Below the pieces are notes generated by a model. That model did no database searches. It had not been told where the DNA came from and worked only from the letters and a program-made list of their open reading frames with translations. The position numbers and the translations under genes are program-made. From positions 1,927,822 through 1,951,821 of the forward strand of contig NZ_QUOT01000001.1 in the NCBI RefSeq assembly GCF_003390375.1: a DNA stretch of 24,000 nt, in the 5' to 3' direction. Each line of letters opens with the position of its first letter. The first letter of the stretch is position 1. This DNA is from Thalassotalea euphylliae. GTDB lineage: Bacteria > Pseudomonadota > Gammaproteobacteria > Enterobacterales > Alteromonadaceae. This document shows positions 1 to 8,492 of this stretch, one piece after another.

Positions 1-318
1 AACAGATATTAATTTTTAGCACCTTTTACTAACTAGCTAAAAAACAGGTAAGTATCTAAAATTAAAATGAAATTTAATGGCTACTATTCAGCTCTACACT
101 GGCAATACTTAGAAGCCAATCTAAGGGGTCATCCGAGTAACAATGTAAAACAAGAGAAAATAAGTGCAAAACAATCATAACCCAGCAATAACGATTACAT
201 AAAAACAACACTAAACTAACATTAGGTTGTAACAAAAAATCACAGCAATCATCGCAGTAACTTTAGTAAGACAAAAGCACTGTAAAGTGAATACACTAAA
301 TAAAAAGACGAGCGTTCA

Positions 319-1974
319 ATGTTAAATTACTTAACTCTACTTCCAGTTAAAACCCGCCTGACAATTGGCTTTGGCGTTATCTTGCTACTAATGTTGGTGT
401 TAACCACACTTGGCATCCAGAAAGTGAATGTGATCGATCACACACTGACTGAGATTACCGATATCAACTCAGTCAAACAGCGATACGCAATTAACTATCG
501 TGGCAGTGTGCATGACCGCGCGATTGCTATCAGAGATGTAGCCAACGCAAGAAACAACGCCGAGGTTCAATCATTTGAACGTGAAATCAACCAATTAGCA
601 GGATTTTATCGAGAATCCGAACGCTCGATGCAGCAAATGCTTACCGAAGCCCCCAGCAATTTTAGTAGCCAAGAACGCAGTATTTTGGAAAAAATTAACC
701 GTATTCAAGCCCGTACATTACCGATTGTTGAAAACATTATTCAATTGAAAAAGAGTAATCAACTGAGTGAAATTAACAACTTAGTGCTTGAACAAGCCAG
801 ACCTGCATTTATCGATTGGTTAGCAGCGATCAACGAATTTATCGATTATCAGGAAGCGGCTAACCAAAAAGCAACGCCAGCCGCACGCGATGTTGCCAGT
901 GGCTTCCAAGAATTAATGCTCGCGCTTACTGCCGTCGCCTTAGTGATTAGCCTATTCGTTGGTTACCTGATTGAGAAAAGCATGCGCCGCTCACTTGGTG
1001 GTGAACCATACGAAGCGGCAGGTGCGCTAGCAAAAATAGCACAAGGCGATTTAACCAGTCAGGTAACAACAAATGATGCCAACAGTTTGCTTGCCTCACT
1101 CAACAGCATGCAAAGCACCCTAAGTGGCATTGTTGCTAATATTGTTAACGCCGCCGACCAACTAAGCCATCAGACCATGACGGTATCTTCAGGCTCAGAA
1201 CAAGCTTATGAAGCCGCGCAAAACCAAGCGTCATTAACCACAGATACCGCAGCTCGCCTAGAAACTATGCGCGACAACATAGACCAAGTATCGCAAACAG
1301 CATCTCGCACTGAAGAGAACTCAAGTTCAACCGCTAGCTATGCCAAGCAAGGTCGTGAAGCAATCAATGCCAGTGCCAAGGAAATGGAGCGTATTTCTGA
1401 TACCGTAAACGGCACGGTAGAGCAAATCAGACGCCTTGAAGAACGGACAAAAGAAATTGGCGGTATTGCCAATGTGATTAGCGGTATTTCAGAGCAAACC
1501 AACTTGTTGGCATTAAACGCCGCTATTGAGGCAGCGCGTGCAGGTGAATCAGGACGAGGCTTTGCCGTAGTCGCCGATGAGGTTCGTCAACTGGCTAAGC
1601 GTACCGGTGAAGCCACCGCCGAGATTGAAAATATGATCGGCCAAGTACAAGCTGAAACAGCGGCTTCCGTAGCAGCAATGGAAACAACTCAGCCACAAGT
1701 TGAAAATGGCCGTTCACTGACCTTGCAGGCAACCGATTTATTGGAAAATATTGAACAACAAGCGACAGATTCACTGGCGCGTATTCAAGAATTAGCCAGT
1801 GCTGCAAGCGATCAAGTAACCACCATAGGTGATATAGCTCATACTATGGAGCAAATTGCCCAAATGTCAGAAAACTCAATCACTTCGCTACAAGCGAACA
1901 ATAGTGCAACAAACTCACTACATGAATTGTCTGAACAACTAAAATCTGATGTGGGTTACTTTAAACTTAAATAA
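319..1974 (+). CDS. Methyl-accepting chemotaxis protein (TM, four-helix-bundle-type periplasmic sensor, TM, HAMP, MCP signalling domain)
   Basis: 551-aa ORF. N-terminal TM ([20 protein letters not shown]) and second TM ([20 protein letters not shown]). Canonical MCP hairpin-tip motif [38 protein letters not shown]. Followed by a strong terminator. Confidence 0.92.
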   Translation: MLNYLTLLPVKTRLTIGFGVILLLMLVLTTLGIQKVNVIDHTLTEITDINSVKQRYAINYRGSVHDRAIAIRDVANARNNAEVQSFEREINQLAGFYRESERSMQQMLTEAPSNFSSQERSILEKINRIQARTLPIVENIIQLKKSNQLSEINNLVLEQARPAFIDWLAAINEFIDYQEAANQKATPAARDVASGFQELMLALTAVALVISLFVGYLIEKSMRRSLGGEPYEAAGALAKIAQGDLTSQVTTNDANSLLASLNSMQSTLSGIVANIVNAADQLSHQTMTVSSGSEQAYEAAQNQASLTTDTAARLETMRDNIDQVSQTASRTEENSSSTASYAKQGREAINASAKEMERISDTVNGTVEQIRRLEERTKEIGGIANVISGISEQTNLLALNAAIEAARAGESGRGFAVVADEVRQLAKRTGEATAEIENMIGQVQAETAASVAAMETTQPQVENGRSLTLQATDLLENIEQQATDSLARIQELASAASDQVTTIGDIAHTMEQIAQMSENSITSLQANNSATNSLHELSEQLKSDVGYFKLK

Positions 1975-1993
1975 AATAAGCAGTTAACAAAAC

Positions 1994-2023
1994 AAAAGGC
2001 CAGCAAAACTGCTGGCCTTTTTT
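1994..2023. terminator. Bidirectional rho-independent terminator between the convergent MCP and DUF2063 genes
   Basis: aaaaGGCCAGC-aaaact-GCTGGCCtttttt. 7-bp GC-rich stem at 1998-2004/2011-2017, flanked by an A-run and a T-run, so it works on either strand. Confidence 0.75.
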
Positions 2024-2067
2024 GTATATTTCGGCGTTTTATCTAATACTAGCCACAAACTAACAGC

Positions 2068-2859
2068 CTAACTCGCCGTTCTAAATTGATAGATCAGCCC
2101 TTGTTGTAACCAGGTTTGGATGCTTTGCACTGCAAACACAGGCACTTGCTCAGGCTCATGCCATGTTAGCAAGCCTTCACAAACGTCAGCAAAGTCTGCA
2201 CCTTGTAAGTACTGCTCAATCATATAGCGCTCGTCAGCTTCTAATGATCTAAATTCGGTTAAACGGTCGTGATTACGCCATAGCAACCAATGTTGCTCTT
2301 CGGCATGCTCAGTAGCTGGTGATGGTGCTTGATTACCTTTAATTGCCTGCCAACTGCGCACCGCATTATAACGCTCACTAAAGAGTTGCATGCTTGGGTG
2401 GAAACGTATTTGAATCGTCGGCCATAACTCAGGTGCAATTGCTGCTAGGTCTTGCGGCTGAGCACGCGCAATATCTGCAGCATCAAAGGCTGCCAATAAT
2501 AAGCGCTCGAAACGCGCTAATTCGGCTAATATCGGGTGCTCACTAAAAGGCGCATTATTGGCGAGATACTCTGGAATAAACTGGCAATAATGGCGCAATG
2601 AATCAAATTTTGATGGATAGGCATCAAGGTAGCCCGCAAACATTTGATCAAATAGCTCATCGCCTAAATACAAGCCAAGAATCTCGTGGTCGGTTTCAAC
2701 CACTTCTTGTAATCGAATACGATACGCGTTGCCATAAATAGACACGCGTTGCTCAGCGCTGATATTGCCTTGATCATTTACAACATGCTCGGCGAATGGG
2801 CCATTGCCATGCAGTAAAAAGTGCAGGAAGTCTTGTTGAATTTGTTTAAGAGAACTCAT
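2068..2859 (-). CDS. DUF2063-family protein, BufC/HvfC-like partner of MNIO RiPP maturases
   Basis: 263-aa ORF. N-terminal pattern typical of DUF2063: LQ..F...LL, then RVSIYGNAYRIRLQEVVETDHEILGLYLGDELFDQMFAGYLDAYPSKFDSLRHYCQFIPEYL. SD GAGGT lies 8 nt upstream of the ATG. Starts 15 nt after the DUF692 stop on the same strand. Confidence 0.8.
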   Translation of the reverse strand: MSSLKQIQQDFLHFLLHGNGPFAEHVVNDQGNISAEQRVSIYGNAYRIRLQEVVETDHEILGLYLGDELFDQMFAGYLDAYPSKFDSLRHYCQFIPEYLANNAPFSEHPILAELARFERLLLAAFDAADIARAQPQDLAAIAPELWPTIQIRFHPSMQLFSERYNAVRSWQAIKGNQAPSPATEHAEEQHWLLWRNHDRLTEFRSLEADERYMIEQYLQGADFADVCEGLLTWHEPEQVPVFAVQSIQTWLQQGLIYQFRTAS

Positions 2860-2874
2860 TTAACCAACCTCAAA

Positions 2875-3726
2875 CTAGGCTTCAATCTGGCTGCGAATAT
2901 TGGGAATATGCTGCTCAGCAATATTTCGTGCGATGTTTAGCTCTGCCGTTAAGTCAGCAAAACTGGGAATATTCGCATCGCGCTCAATCATAGTGCTTAC
3001 CGGGCCAAACAATTTTAATGCTTCTTTGTATAGTTGCCAGACAGGGTCTGGCACATCGTGATCATGGGTATCAACCACATAGTCTCCGAAGTCAGAATGC
3101 CCTGCCAAATGGAACTGCTGCACACGTTCTGGGTTTAACGAGCGTAAATATTCCATGGCATCAAAATCATGGTTGCGCGCACTTACGTAGATATTATTGA
3201 TATCTAATAACATGCGGCAGTCAGCTTGCTCACAAACTTCACGATAAAACTGCCATTCATTCATCTCGTCAGTTTTATACGTTAAATAGCTGGATACATT
3301 TTCCATCAGCATTTGACGGCCCATAAAGTCTTGTACTTGCTTAATGCGCTCAACAACGTGGGTTAACGACTCTTCTGTGTATGGCAGTGGCAATAAATCA
3401 TGACTGTTAACACCACCAACTGATGTGAAACAAAGGTGATCAGAGAACCACTCTGGCTGCACATCAGCAATTAAGGTTTTTAACTTGGTTAAATACTCTA
3501 TATTCAATGGATCAGTTGAACCAATCGACATTGACACCCCATGCATCACAATAGGGTAGTTTTCTCTGATTTGGTCAAGGTAATATCTTGGCTTACCACC
3601 AGCAACCATATAGTTTTCTGAAATGATTTCAAACCAGTCAACGTCTGGTTTTTGTTCAATCACATCATTGTAATGATTCGTTCGCAGGCCAAGGCCAAAT
3701 CCTAGAAATTTCTTCAAAATAGTCAC
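2875..3726 (-). CDS. DUF692 / MNIO-family (multinuclear non-heme iron oxidative) enzyme, BufB/MbnB-like RiPP maturase
   Basis: 283-aa ORF with the characteristic DUF692/UPF0276 N-terminus (GFGLGLRTNHYNDV...DWFEIISENYM....GGKPRYYLDQIRENYPIVMHGVSMSIGSTDPL) and later H/D/E-rich metal-ligand motifs (FSDHLCF, LMENVSSY, FHLAGHSD, VVDTHDHDV). The predicted start is GTG with a weak SD, so the exact start is uncertain. Confidence 0.85.
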   Translation of the reverse strand: MTILKKFLGFGLGLRTNHYNDVIEQKPDVDWFEIISENYMVAGGKPRYYLDQIRENYPIVMHGVSMSIGSTDPLNIEYLTKLKTLIADVQPEWFSDHLCFTSVGGVNSHDLLPLPYTEESLTHVVERIKQVQDFMGRQMLMENVSSYLTYKTDEMNEWQFYREVCEQADCRMLLDINNIYVSARNHDFDAMEYLRSLNPERVQQFHLAGHSDFGDYVVDTHDHDVPDPVWQLYKEALKLFGPVSTMIERDANIPSFADLTAELNIARNIAEQHIPNIRSQIEA

Positions 3727-3918
3727 TCGTGTCTAGTAATAGAGATAGTGTAAATGAGCTTGAGGGTAGATAAAAACTCAAAGGCTAATGATGACAGGAA
3801 AGTTGTCAGTTTGTTGATCTATTCTATGCGAATTGCTCGCAAAGTTTATACATGGTAAATCAAAGTAAAGCAGCAATTGAGTTTGTCGCTAGATTCAACT
3901 GACTACTTTACTTTATCG

Positions 3919-3953
3919 CAAGGCTGTTTAGCGTAAGTAACTAAACAACCTTG
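3919..3953 (-). terminator. Stem-loop in the precursor-maturase spacer. Candidate partial terminator or mRNA-stabilising hairpin.
   Basis: On the transcribed (minus) strand: CAAGGUUGUUUAG-uuacuuacg-CUAAACAGCCUUG. This is a 13-bp stem with one G-U pair and a 9-nt loop, 35 nt after the precursor stop. No clean U-tract follows, so it is not a canonical intrinsic terminator. Confidence 0.4.
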
Positions 3954-3987
3954 TCTAAACATACTAACTAATACTTTTTAGTTAATA

Positions 3988-4467
3988 TTATTTGCCTACA
4001 GTACCGCCGATATCGCCACATGATTTCGCTGTGGTAGAAACAAAGCCTGTACCTTTACAAGTTGCATGGCCTGCACACGCGTTTTCAGCAGTTTTACAGT
4101 CGTTGTGACCTTTACAAACGTTAACACCGTAACAATGTACTAAGTTAGCCGTTGAAATTTGGCCAGTCCATTCATCAGAAACGGTACCGCCAACATCTTT
4201 ACACGCTTTAGTTGGCATGCCTACAAAGCCAGTACCTTTACAAGATGCTTGACCTGCACACGCGTGCTCAGCTGTTTTACAGTCATTGTGGCCTTTACAT
4301 ACATTAACGTCGTAACAGTGAACCATTTCAACTGTGTTAGTGTTTGTTGCTGCTACTGTGCTGCCAGCAGAACCTGAGTTAGAAGCAGTTGCACCACAAC
4401 CAACTAAAGTAGCTGCCGCTAATGCCATTGCTGCGCCTGATAAATGAGTCTTTGTTGCTTTTTTCAT
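3988..4467 (-). CDS. Cys-rich exported RiPP precursor, bufferin/DUF2282-like, with a lipoprotein signal peptide and two tandem core domains
   Basis: 159-aa ORF with SD GGAGA 4 nt upstream of the ATG. Signal peptide MKKATKTHLSGAAMALAAATLVG|C has an L-V-G-C lipobox. Two 49-aa repeats match the DUF2282 pattern CYG...K..NDC......CAG.........G.....C..(I/V)GG. First gene of an operon with DUF692 and DUF2063. Confidence 0.85.
   Translation of the reverse strand: MKKATKTHLSGAAMALAAATLVGCGATASNSGSAGSTVAATNTNTVEMVHCYDVNVCKGHNDCKTAEHACAGQASCKGTGFVGMPTKACKDVGGTVSDEWTGQISTANLVHCYGVNVCKGHNDCKTAENACAGHATCKGTGFVSTTAKSCGDIGGTVGK
3997..4326 (-). repeat. Intragenic tandem duplication (period 183 nt / 61 aa) of the Cys-rich core
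   Basis: aa 48-96 MVHCYDVNVCKGHNDCKTAEHACAGQASCKGTGFVGMPTKACKDVGGTV versus aa 109-157 LVHCYGVNVCKGHNDCKTAENACAGHATCKGTGFVSTTAKSCGDIGGTV. All 6 Cys align. The similarity is also visible at DNA level (4180-4326 versus 3997-4143). Confidence 0.9.
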
Positions 4468-4561
4468 AATTTCTCCGGGGCTTAAACGCAGTATTGAAAA
4501 TTGTTCAAATACCGCTTGTTTTTCATGAGTCAGGGCATAAGACCCGACACCGTCAAAAAAA

Positions 4562-4589
4562 TTGACACAAATTGTAAAAAAATTTTAAT
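4562..4589 (+). promoter_or_regulatory. Candidate sigma70 promoter in the divergent region, pointing toward the Aer-like gene
   Basis: TTGACA (4562-4567), 16-nt spacer, TTTAAT (4584-4589). This would give a leader of about 320 nt for the gene starting at 4919. Sequence match only. Confidence 0.3.
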
Positions 4590-4918
4590 CGAATAAAAGA
4601 TAAGCATAGTCGATACAACTAAATTTTGATGCCAAGGCTACTTCAACCTCCTTAAAAACAAGCATTAATGACATGCTGATACAAAAAAGCGATGTGCAAC
4701 AAGTGATGATTGCGAAGGATTTAAACTCGGAAAATTTAAGTGCAAATAGTCTAATTGCATCTATAGTTTAGTTAAGCCGAAGTTTAATAAGGTATTAGAT
4801 TTACTCCATTTTTATATCAGTTTTATTTAACCTCGTTGTTTTGCAGGTAGCTAAATACAACGCAATCAGACGTCCAATGAATTAAGCCTTTGCTTAACTC
4901 GCATTAAAGGAAGACAGC

Positions 4919-6490
4919 GTGAATAAAGACCGTCATATCAGCCAAAAAGAATATCAATTCCCTACCAGTCAACGACTTATCTCATCAACCGACAAGCGCG
5001 GCGTAATTACCCACTGTAACGAGGCTTTTGTCGAAGTTAGTGGTTTTACCTGCGACGAGCTTATCGGCAGTAATCACAACATTGTTCGCCACCCTGATAT
5101 GCCAAGTGTCGTGTTCAAAGAGATGTGGGAAACCTTACGCGCTGGCAAAATATGGATGGGAATTGTTAAAAATCGACGCAAAAACGGCGATCACTACTGG
5201 GTATCAGCATTCGTTACCCCGATCTTTGAAGGCGATGATATCGTTGGTTACGAATCAGTGAGGGTTAACGCTTCTGAGCCAGAAAAGCAGCGAGCTAGCC
5301 AAGCATATCAAAGGTTGCAACAAAATAAGTCCGCACTGCCAATTAGCGACACAATTCGCCACTTTACTCGGCAAATAAGACCTTTTATCGTCGGCGGCCT
5401 TGCCTGTGTTGGCGCTGGCTGGCTCACCAACTCTACAGAATTGATGCTCATTGGCCCAGCGGTGATGGTGCTGTGTGGATATTGGAGCATTAAGAGTCAG
5501 CAAAAGTCATGGTCATTGTTTTTAAATATTGCGCCCGATGCCTACAAAGATACTACCGTAGCGCAAACTTACTTTAATGCTAACCAAGCACAGGCACGTG
5601 CTAAGCTAGCGCTAATTTGCGAAATAGCCCGCGGCAGAACCGGCCTAACAAGAATTGACGACGCCTCTGTGGTGCTTGCCGAAGTTGCCGAAACAACCCA
5701 CTTTCAAGCAGAAAAAACCAGCCAAGTTATTGAACAGCAAGAAACAGCAGTACAAGTCATTGCTTCCGCTATTAGTGAAATGTCGAGCGCCATTCAAGAA
5801 GTTACCGAGCGTGTTGAAGGTAACGCAAGTAGCGCTAAAGAAGCTGCGGCAAGTGTAAATAACGGTAACCAGCAGGCTAAGCAAGCCGCAAAATCCATTG
5901 AGGAACTGAAAAATTCAGTGACTTCCATCGCCAGCACAGTAAAAGACTTAGCCGAATCGACAGAAGAAATTAATCAAGCGGCAACCATGATTTCATCCAT
6001 AGCGGAGCAAACTAATTTACTGGCCTTAAACGCCGCTATTGAGGCAGCCCGCGCGGGTGAGCAAGGTCGCGGCTTTGCGGTGGTAGCGGATGAAGTGCGC
6101 AGCTTGGCAATGCGTACACGCGAATCAACCGAAGAAATTCATAGCATTGTTAACAAGTTGATCACTCGCTCGCAAAAAGCTGCAGAAGTGTCTGAACAAG
6201 GCTTAGAAGAAGCGGAAAAAGGCATGCAAATTGTCGATGGCACCCGCATTGCTTTGGGTGAAATTAATAAAGCTGTCGATAATATTGCTGATATGACGAT
6301 TCAGATGTCGTCTGCCGTTGAAGAACAAAGCGCAGTAGCTGAGCATATTAACCAACAAGTGGGTGACATCGCACAAGGTGCATCAGTCGCTAAAAAGGCA
6401 GCAGAAGAATCGTTTGGCGCCAGCCAGCAGCTAAAAGATACCATCGCGAATGTCAGCTCATTGATTCGTCGCTTTAATACCTCAGCTTAA
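4919..6490 (+). CDS. aer: Aerotaxis/energy-taxis receptor, Aer-like (N-terminal FAD-type PAS, membrane hairpin, HAMP, MCP signalling domain)
   Basis: 523-aa ORF with a GTG start preceded by AGGAAG. The PAS segment ...[53 protein letters not shown] closely follows the E. coli Aer PAS signature (NMVRHPDMP...[15 protein letters not shown]). Central hydrophobic hairpin [14 protein letters not shown]...[16 protein letters not shown] tip [35 protein letters not shown]. Confidence 0.88.
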   Translation: MNKDRHISQKEYQFPTSQRLISSTDKRGVITHCNEAFVEVSGFTCDELIGSNHNIVRHPDMPSVVFKEMWETLRAGKIWMGIVKNRRKNGDHYWVSAFVTPIFEGDDIVGYESVRVNASEPEKQRASQAYQRLQQNKSALPISDTIRHFTRQIRPFIVGGLACVGAGWLTNSTELMLIGPAVMVLCGYWSIKSQQKSWSLFLNIAPDAYKDTTVAQTYFNANQAQARAKLALICEIARGRTGLTRIDDASVVLAEVAETTHFQAEKTSQVIEQQETAVQVIASAISEMSSAIQEVTERVEGNASSAKEAAASVNNGNQQAKQAAKSIEELKNSVTSIASTVKDLAESTEEINQAATMISSIAEQTNLLALNAAIEAARAGEQGRGFAVVADEVRSLAMRTRESTEEIHSIVNKLITRSQKAAEVSEQGLEEAEKGMQIVDGTRIALGEINKAVDNIADMTIQMSSAVEEQSAVAEHINQQVGDIAQGASVAKKAAEESFGASQQLKDTIANVSSLIRRFNTSA

Positions 6491-6575
6491 CTAACTTCAG
6501 GTTTACTCGCACTCGCAACTGGGTTTTAAGTGAGAAACGAGGTTTAAAGGCCGTTCGCCTAGAGGCAATTATCGC

Positions 6576-8492
6576 CTATTGGCTGCCGGCAGCTGATTGC
6601 TGACACTCTTGGTTTATAAGCGTGTTAAAGTCGTTTCTCGGCATGGGTTTGTATAAGAAATAGCCTTGTGCACTTTGGCAACGTTCACGCATCACATAGT
6701 CGAGCGTTGCCTGATCTTCCACCCCTTCAGCAATTACCGACAATTCCAAGTTGTGACCAATATCAATAATGGTGCGCGTGATCGCTGCACTTTGTTTATT
6801 GGTGGTAACTCCCTGTAAAAACGCCTTATCAATTTTCAAGTAATCAATGGGCAGAATTTGCAGATAACTAAATGACGAATACCCTTTGCCGAAATCATCA
6901 AGCGCAAACGCAATGCCGCGGGTTCGAAGTTGCTCCATCGTACGGCTGATGACTTCTTTATTTTCCATGAAAATAGATTCAGTTAGCTCAATAATCAATT
7001 GGCTGCCGCATTCATTGCTTTCATCACATTTACTCAATAGATAGCGAATAAGCTCGGCATCTTGAAATTCAATAATCGATAAATTAATCGCGAGTTTTAA
7101 ATGACTAAGCCCTTGGCTTTGCCACTGACTGATGCATTCAAACGCGGAGTCGATAGCCTTCTTACCGACTTGGCTGATAAGCCCTGTAGTTTCTGCGACC
7201 GGAATAAAAATATCGGGAGGAACAGAACTTCCGTCTGGCTTAAACCAGCGCATCAATATTTCTGCGCCGATGATCTCACCAGTGCTTAAATCAATTTTTG
7301 GCTGGAAATAAGGCTCAAGTTCATCTGCCTGCAAAGCTTCGCGCAATTCACGTTCAACTTTTACTTGCAACATCGCTTGCTGCTCTAGGCTTTGATCATA
7401 AAACTGGTAGTTATTTTTGCCTTGTGCCTTTGCTTGGTACATCGCCATATCGGCTTTCAAAATTAAGTGCTCAGCGCTGTTGTCGTCTTGTGGAAAGCAG
7501 GCAACGCCGATACTACAACTGACAAAGTGCTGACGGCCTGAAAGACAAAATGGTTCGGTTAAAATCGCCAGCAATTCCTCACACAGTGCGCGAATGTCCT
7601 GCTTACTTGCGACCGACTCCAGCAACAAGACAAATTCATCGCCACCTAGGCGAGCAAGTGTATCTTGCTCGCGCAAACGAGATTTAACACGTTGTACTAG
7701 TTCAATCAGTAATTCATCACCGGCTTTATGCCCTTCGGTATCATTAACGCGCTTAAAGTTATCCAAATCAATAAACAAAACCGCTAACAGCTGCTCTGAG
7801 CGCTTTGCTAATGCAAGTGCGTGTTCAACGCGATCTAATAACAAGTTGCGATTAGGCAGACCCGTCAAAGCATCGTGGTAGGCTTGGTGTTGAATTAAAT
7901 CTTCACTTTCTTTTTGCTGCGTAATGTCACGAAAACACCACACACGACCGATGAGTTTACCGTCAGCTATTTGTGGCAAAGAGCGATATTCAAAAAAGCG
8001 GTTACTGCTCAGTTCGATCACCCCGTTGATGTGGCGTGTTGGGTCTTCTTCTAGTTTTTGCTTAACTTGAACCGCTTGGTTTGGGTATTTAAATAATGAT
8101 AGTAGCGCCGACCAACGTTGATATTCAGTAACACCATTTTGCAGGAAAAATGTTTGCCCCATGCAATTGATGCTCATGACATTACCATCAACATCGTAAA
8201 CCACAATGTTTTCGCCCGTCGCATCAAAGGTAGCGTTGAGCACGCTTAACGATGATTGCAGTTGGTTTTTTGTTTCGCTGAGTTCGCCAAGTTGATTTTT
8301 TAGCAGCGCGTTGCGCTCATTGAGCTCTTCCGATATCAAAAATAAAGAGCGTTCAAGGGTGCTAACATCTTGCTCGTATCCAACATAAGCTTCAGACACC
8401 GCAGCAAAATAATCTTGGTGCTCTGTTTTTAATGAATCGTCAATGCCAAAGCGTTTAAGTTGGCGCTTGGCTAGCTTGTGTAACTCAGTCAC
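6576..8492 (-). CDS. PAS-GGDEF-EAL c-di-GMP turnover protein (diguanylate cyclase/phosphodiesterase)
   Basis: 638-aa ORF. N-terminal coiled-coil and PAS-like region. Intact GGDEF (RLGGDEF, 7632-7646) with an RxxD I-site (REQD) five residues upstream. EAL-domain motifs EILMRW, DDFGKGYSSFSYL, KIDKAF, EGVED and QGYFLYKP. GTG start overlaps the FIST stop by 8 nt. Confidence 0.9.
   Translation of the reverse strand: MTELHKLAKRQLKRFGIDDSLKTEHQDYFAAVSEAYVGYEQDVSTLERSLFLISEELNERNALLKNQLGELSETKNQLQSSLSVLNATFDATGENIVVYDVDGNVMSINCMGQTFFLQNGVTEYQRWSALLSLFKYPNQAVQVKQKLEEDPTRHINGVIELSSNRFFEYRSLPQIADGKLIGRVWCFRDITQQKESEDLIQHQAYHDALTGLPNRNLLLDRVEHALALAKRSEQLLAVLFIDLDNFKRVNDTEGHKAGDELLIELVQRVKSRLREQDTLARLGGDEFVLLLESVASKQDIRALCEELLAILTEPFCLSGRQHFVSCSIGVACFPQDDNSAEHLILKADMAMYQAKAQGKNNYQFYDQSLEQQAMLQVKVERELREALQADELEPYFQPKIDLSTGEIIGAEILMRWFKPDGSSVPPDIFIPVAETTGLISQVGKKAIDSAFECISQWQSQGLSHLKLAINLSIIEFQDAELIRYLLSKCDESNECGSQLIIELTESIFMENKEVISRTMEQLRTRGIAFALDDFGKGYSSFSYLQILPIDYLKIDKAFLQGVTTNKQSAAITRTIIDIGHNLELSVIAEGVEDQATLDYVMRERCQSAQGYFLYKPMPRNDFNTLINQECQQSAAGSQ

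Noticed and set aside
1492-1605. Dispersed nucleotide repeat shared with 6005..6118 and, in reverse complement, about 20268..20379.
   Set aside because: This is the ultra-conserved hairpin-tip coding segment ([31 protein letters not shown]) of the three chemoreceptor paralogues. It is not a mobile or regulatory repeat.
3903-3962. 19-codon minus-strand ORF (MFRQGCLVTYAKQPCDKVK) inside the precursor-maturase spacer, considered as a second mini-precursor.
   Set aside because: It has no SD and no signal peptide, coincides exactly with the stem-loop arms, and has no resemblance to the Cys-rich core beyond two Cys.
4485-4507. ECF-sigma-like promoter (GAAC ... CGTT) on the minus strand just upstream of the precursor gene, attractive because metal-stress RiPP operons are often ECF-controlled.
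   Set aside because: The spacer between GAAC and CGTT is 14 nt rather than the usual 16-17. I also found no convincing sigma70 -35/-10 pair for this operon, so its promoter remains unassigned.
7254-7262. The EAL signature reads E-I-L, which could suggest a degenerate phosphodiesterase domain.
   Set aside because: The catalytic Glu and the other conserved EAL-domain motifs (DDFGKGYSS, KIDK, EGVED, QGY) are all present. An Ala-to-Ile change at the middle position is not evidence of inactivity.
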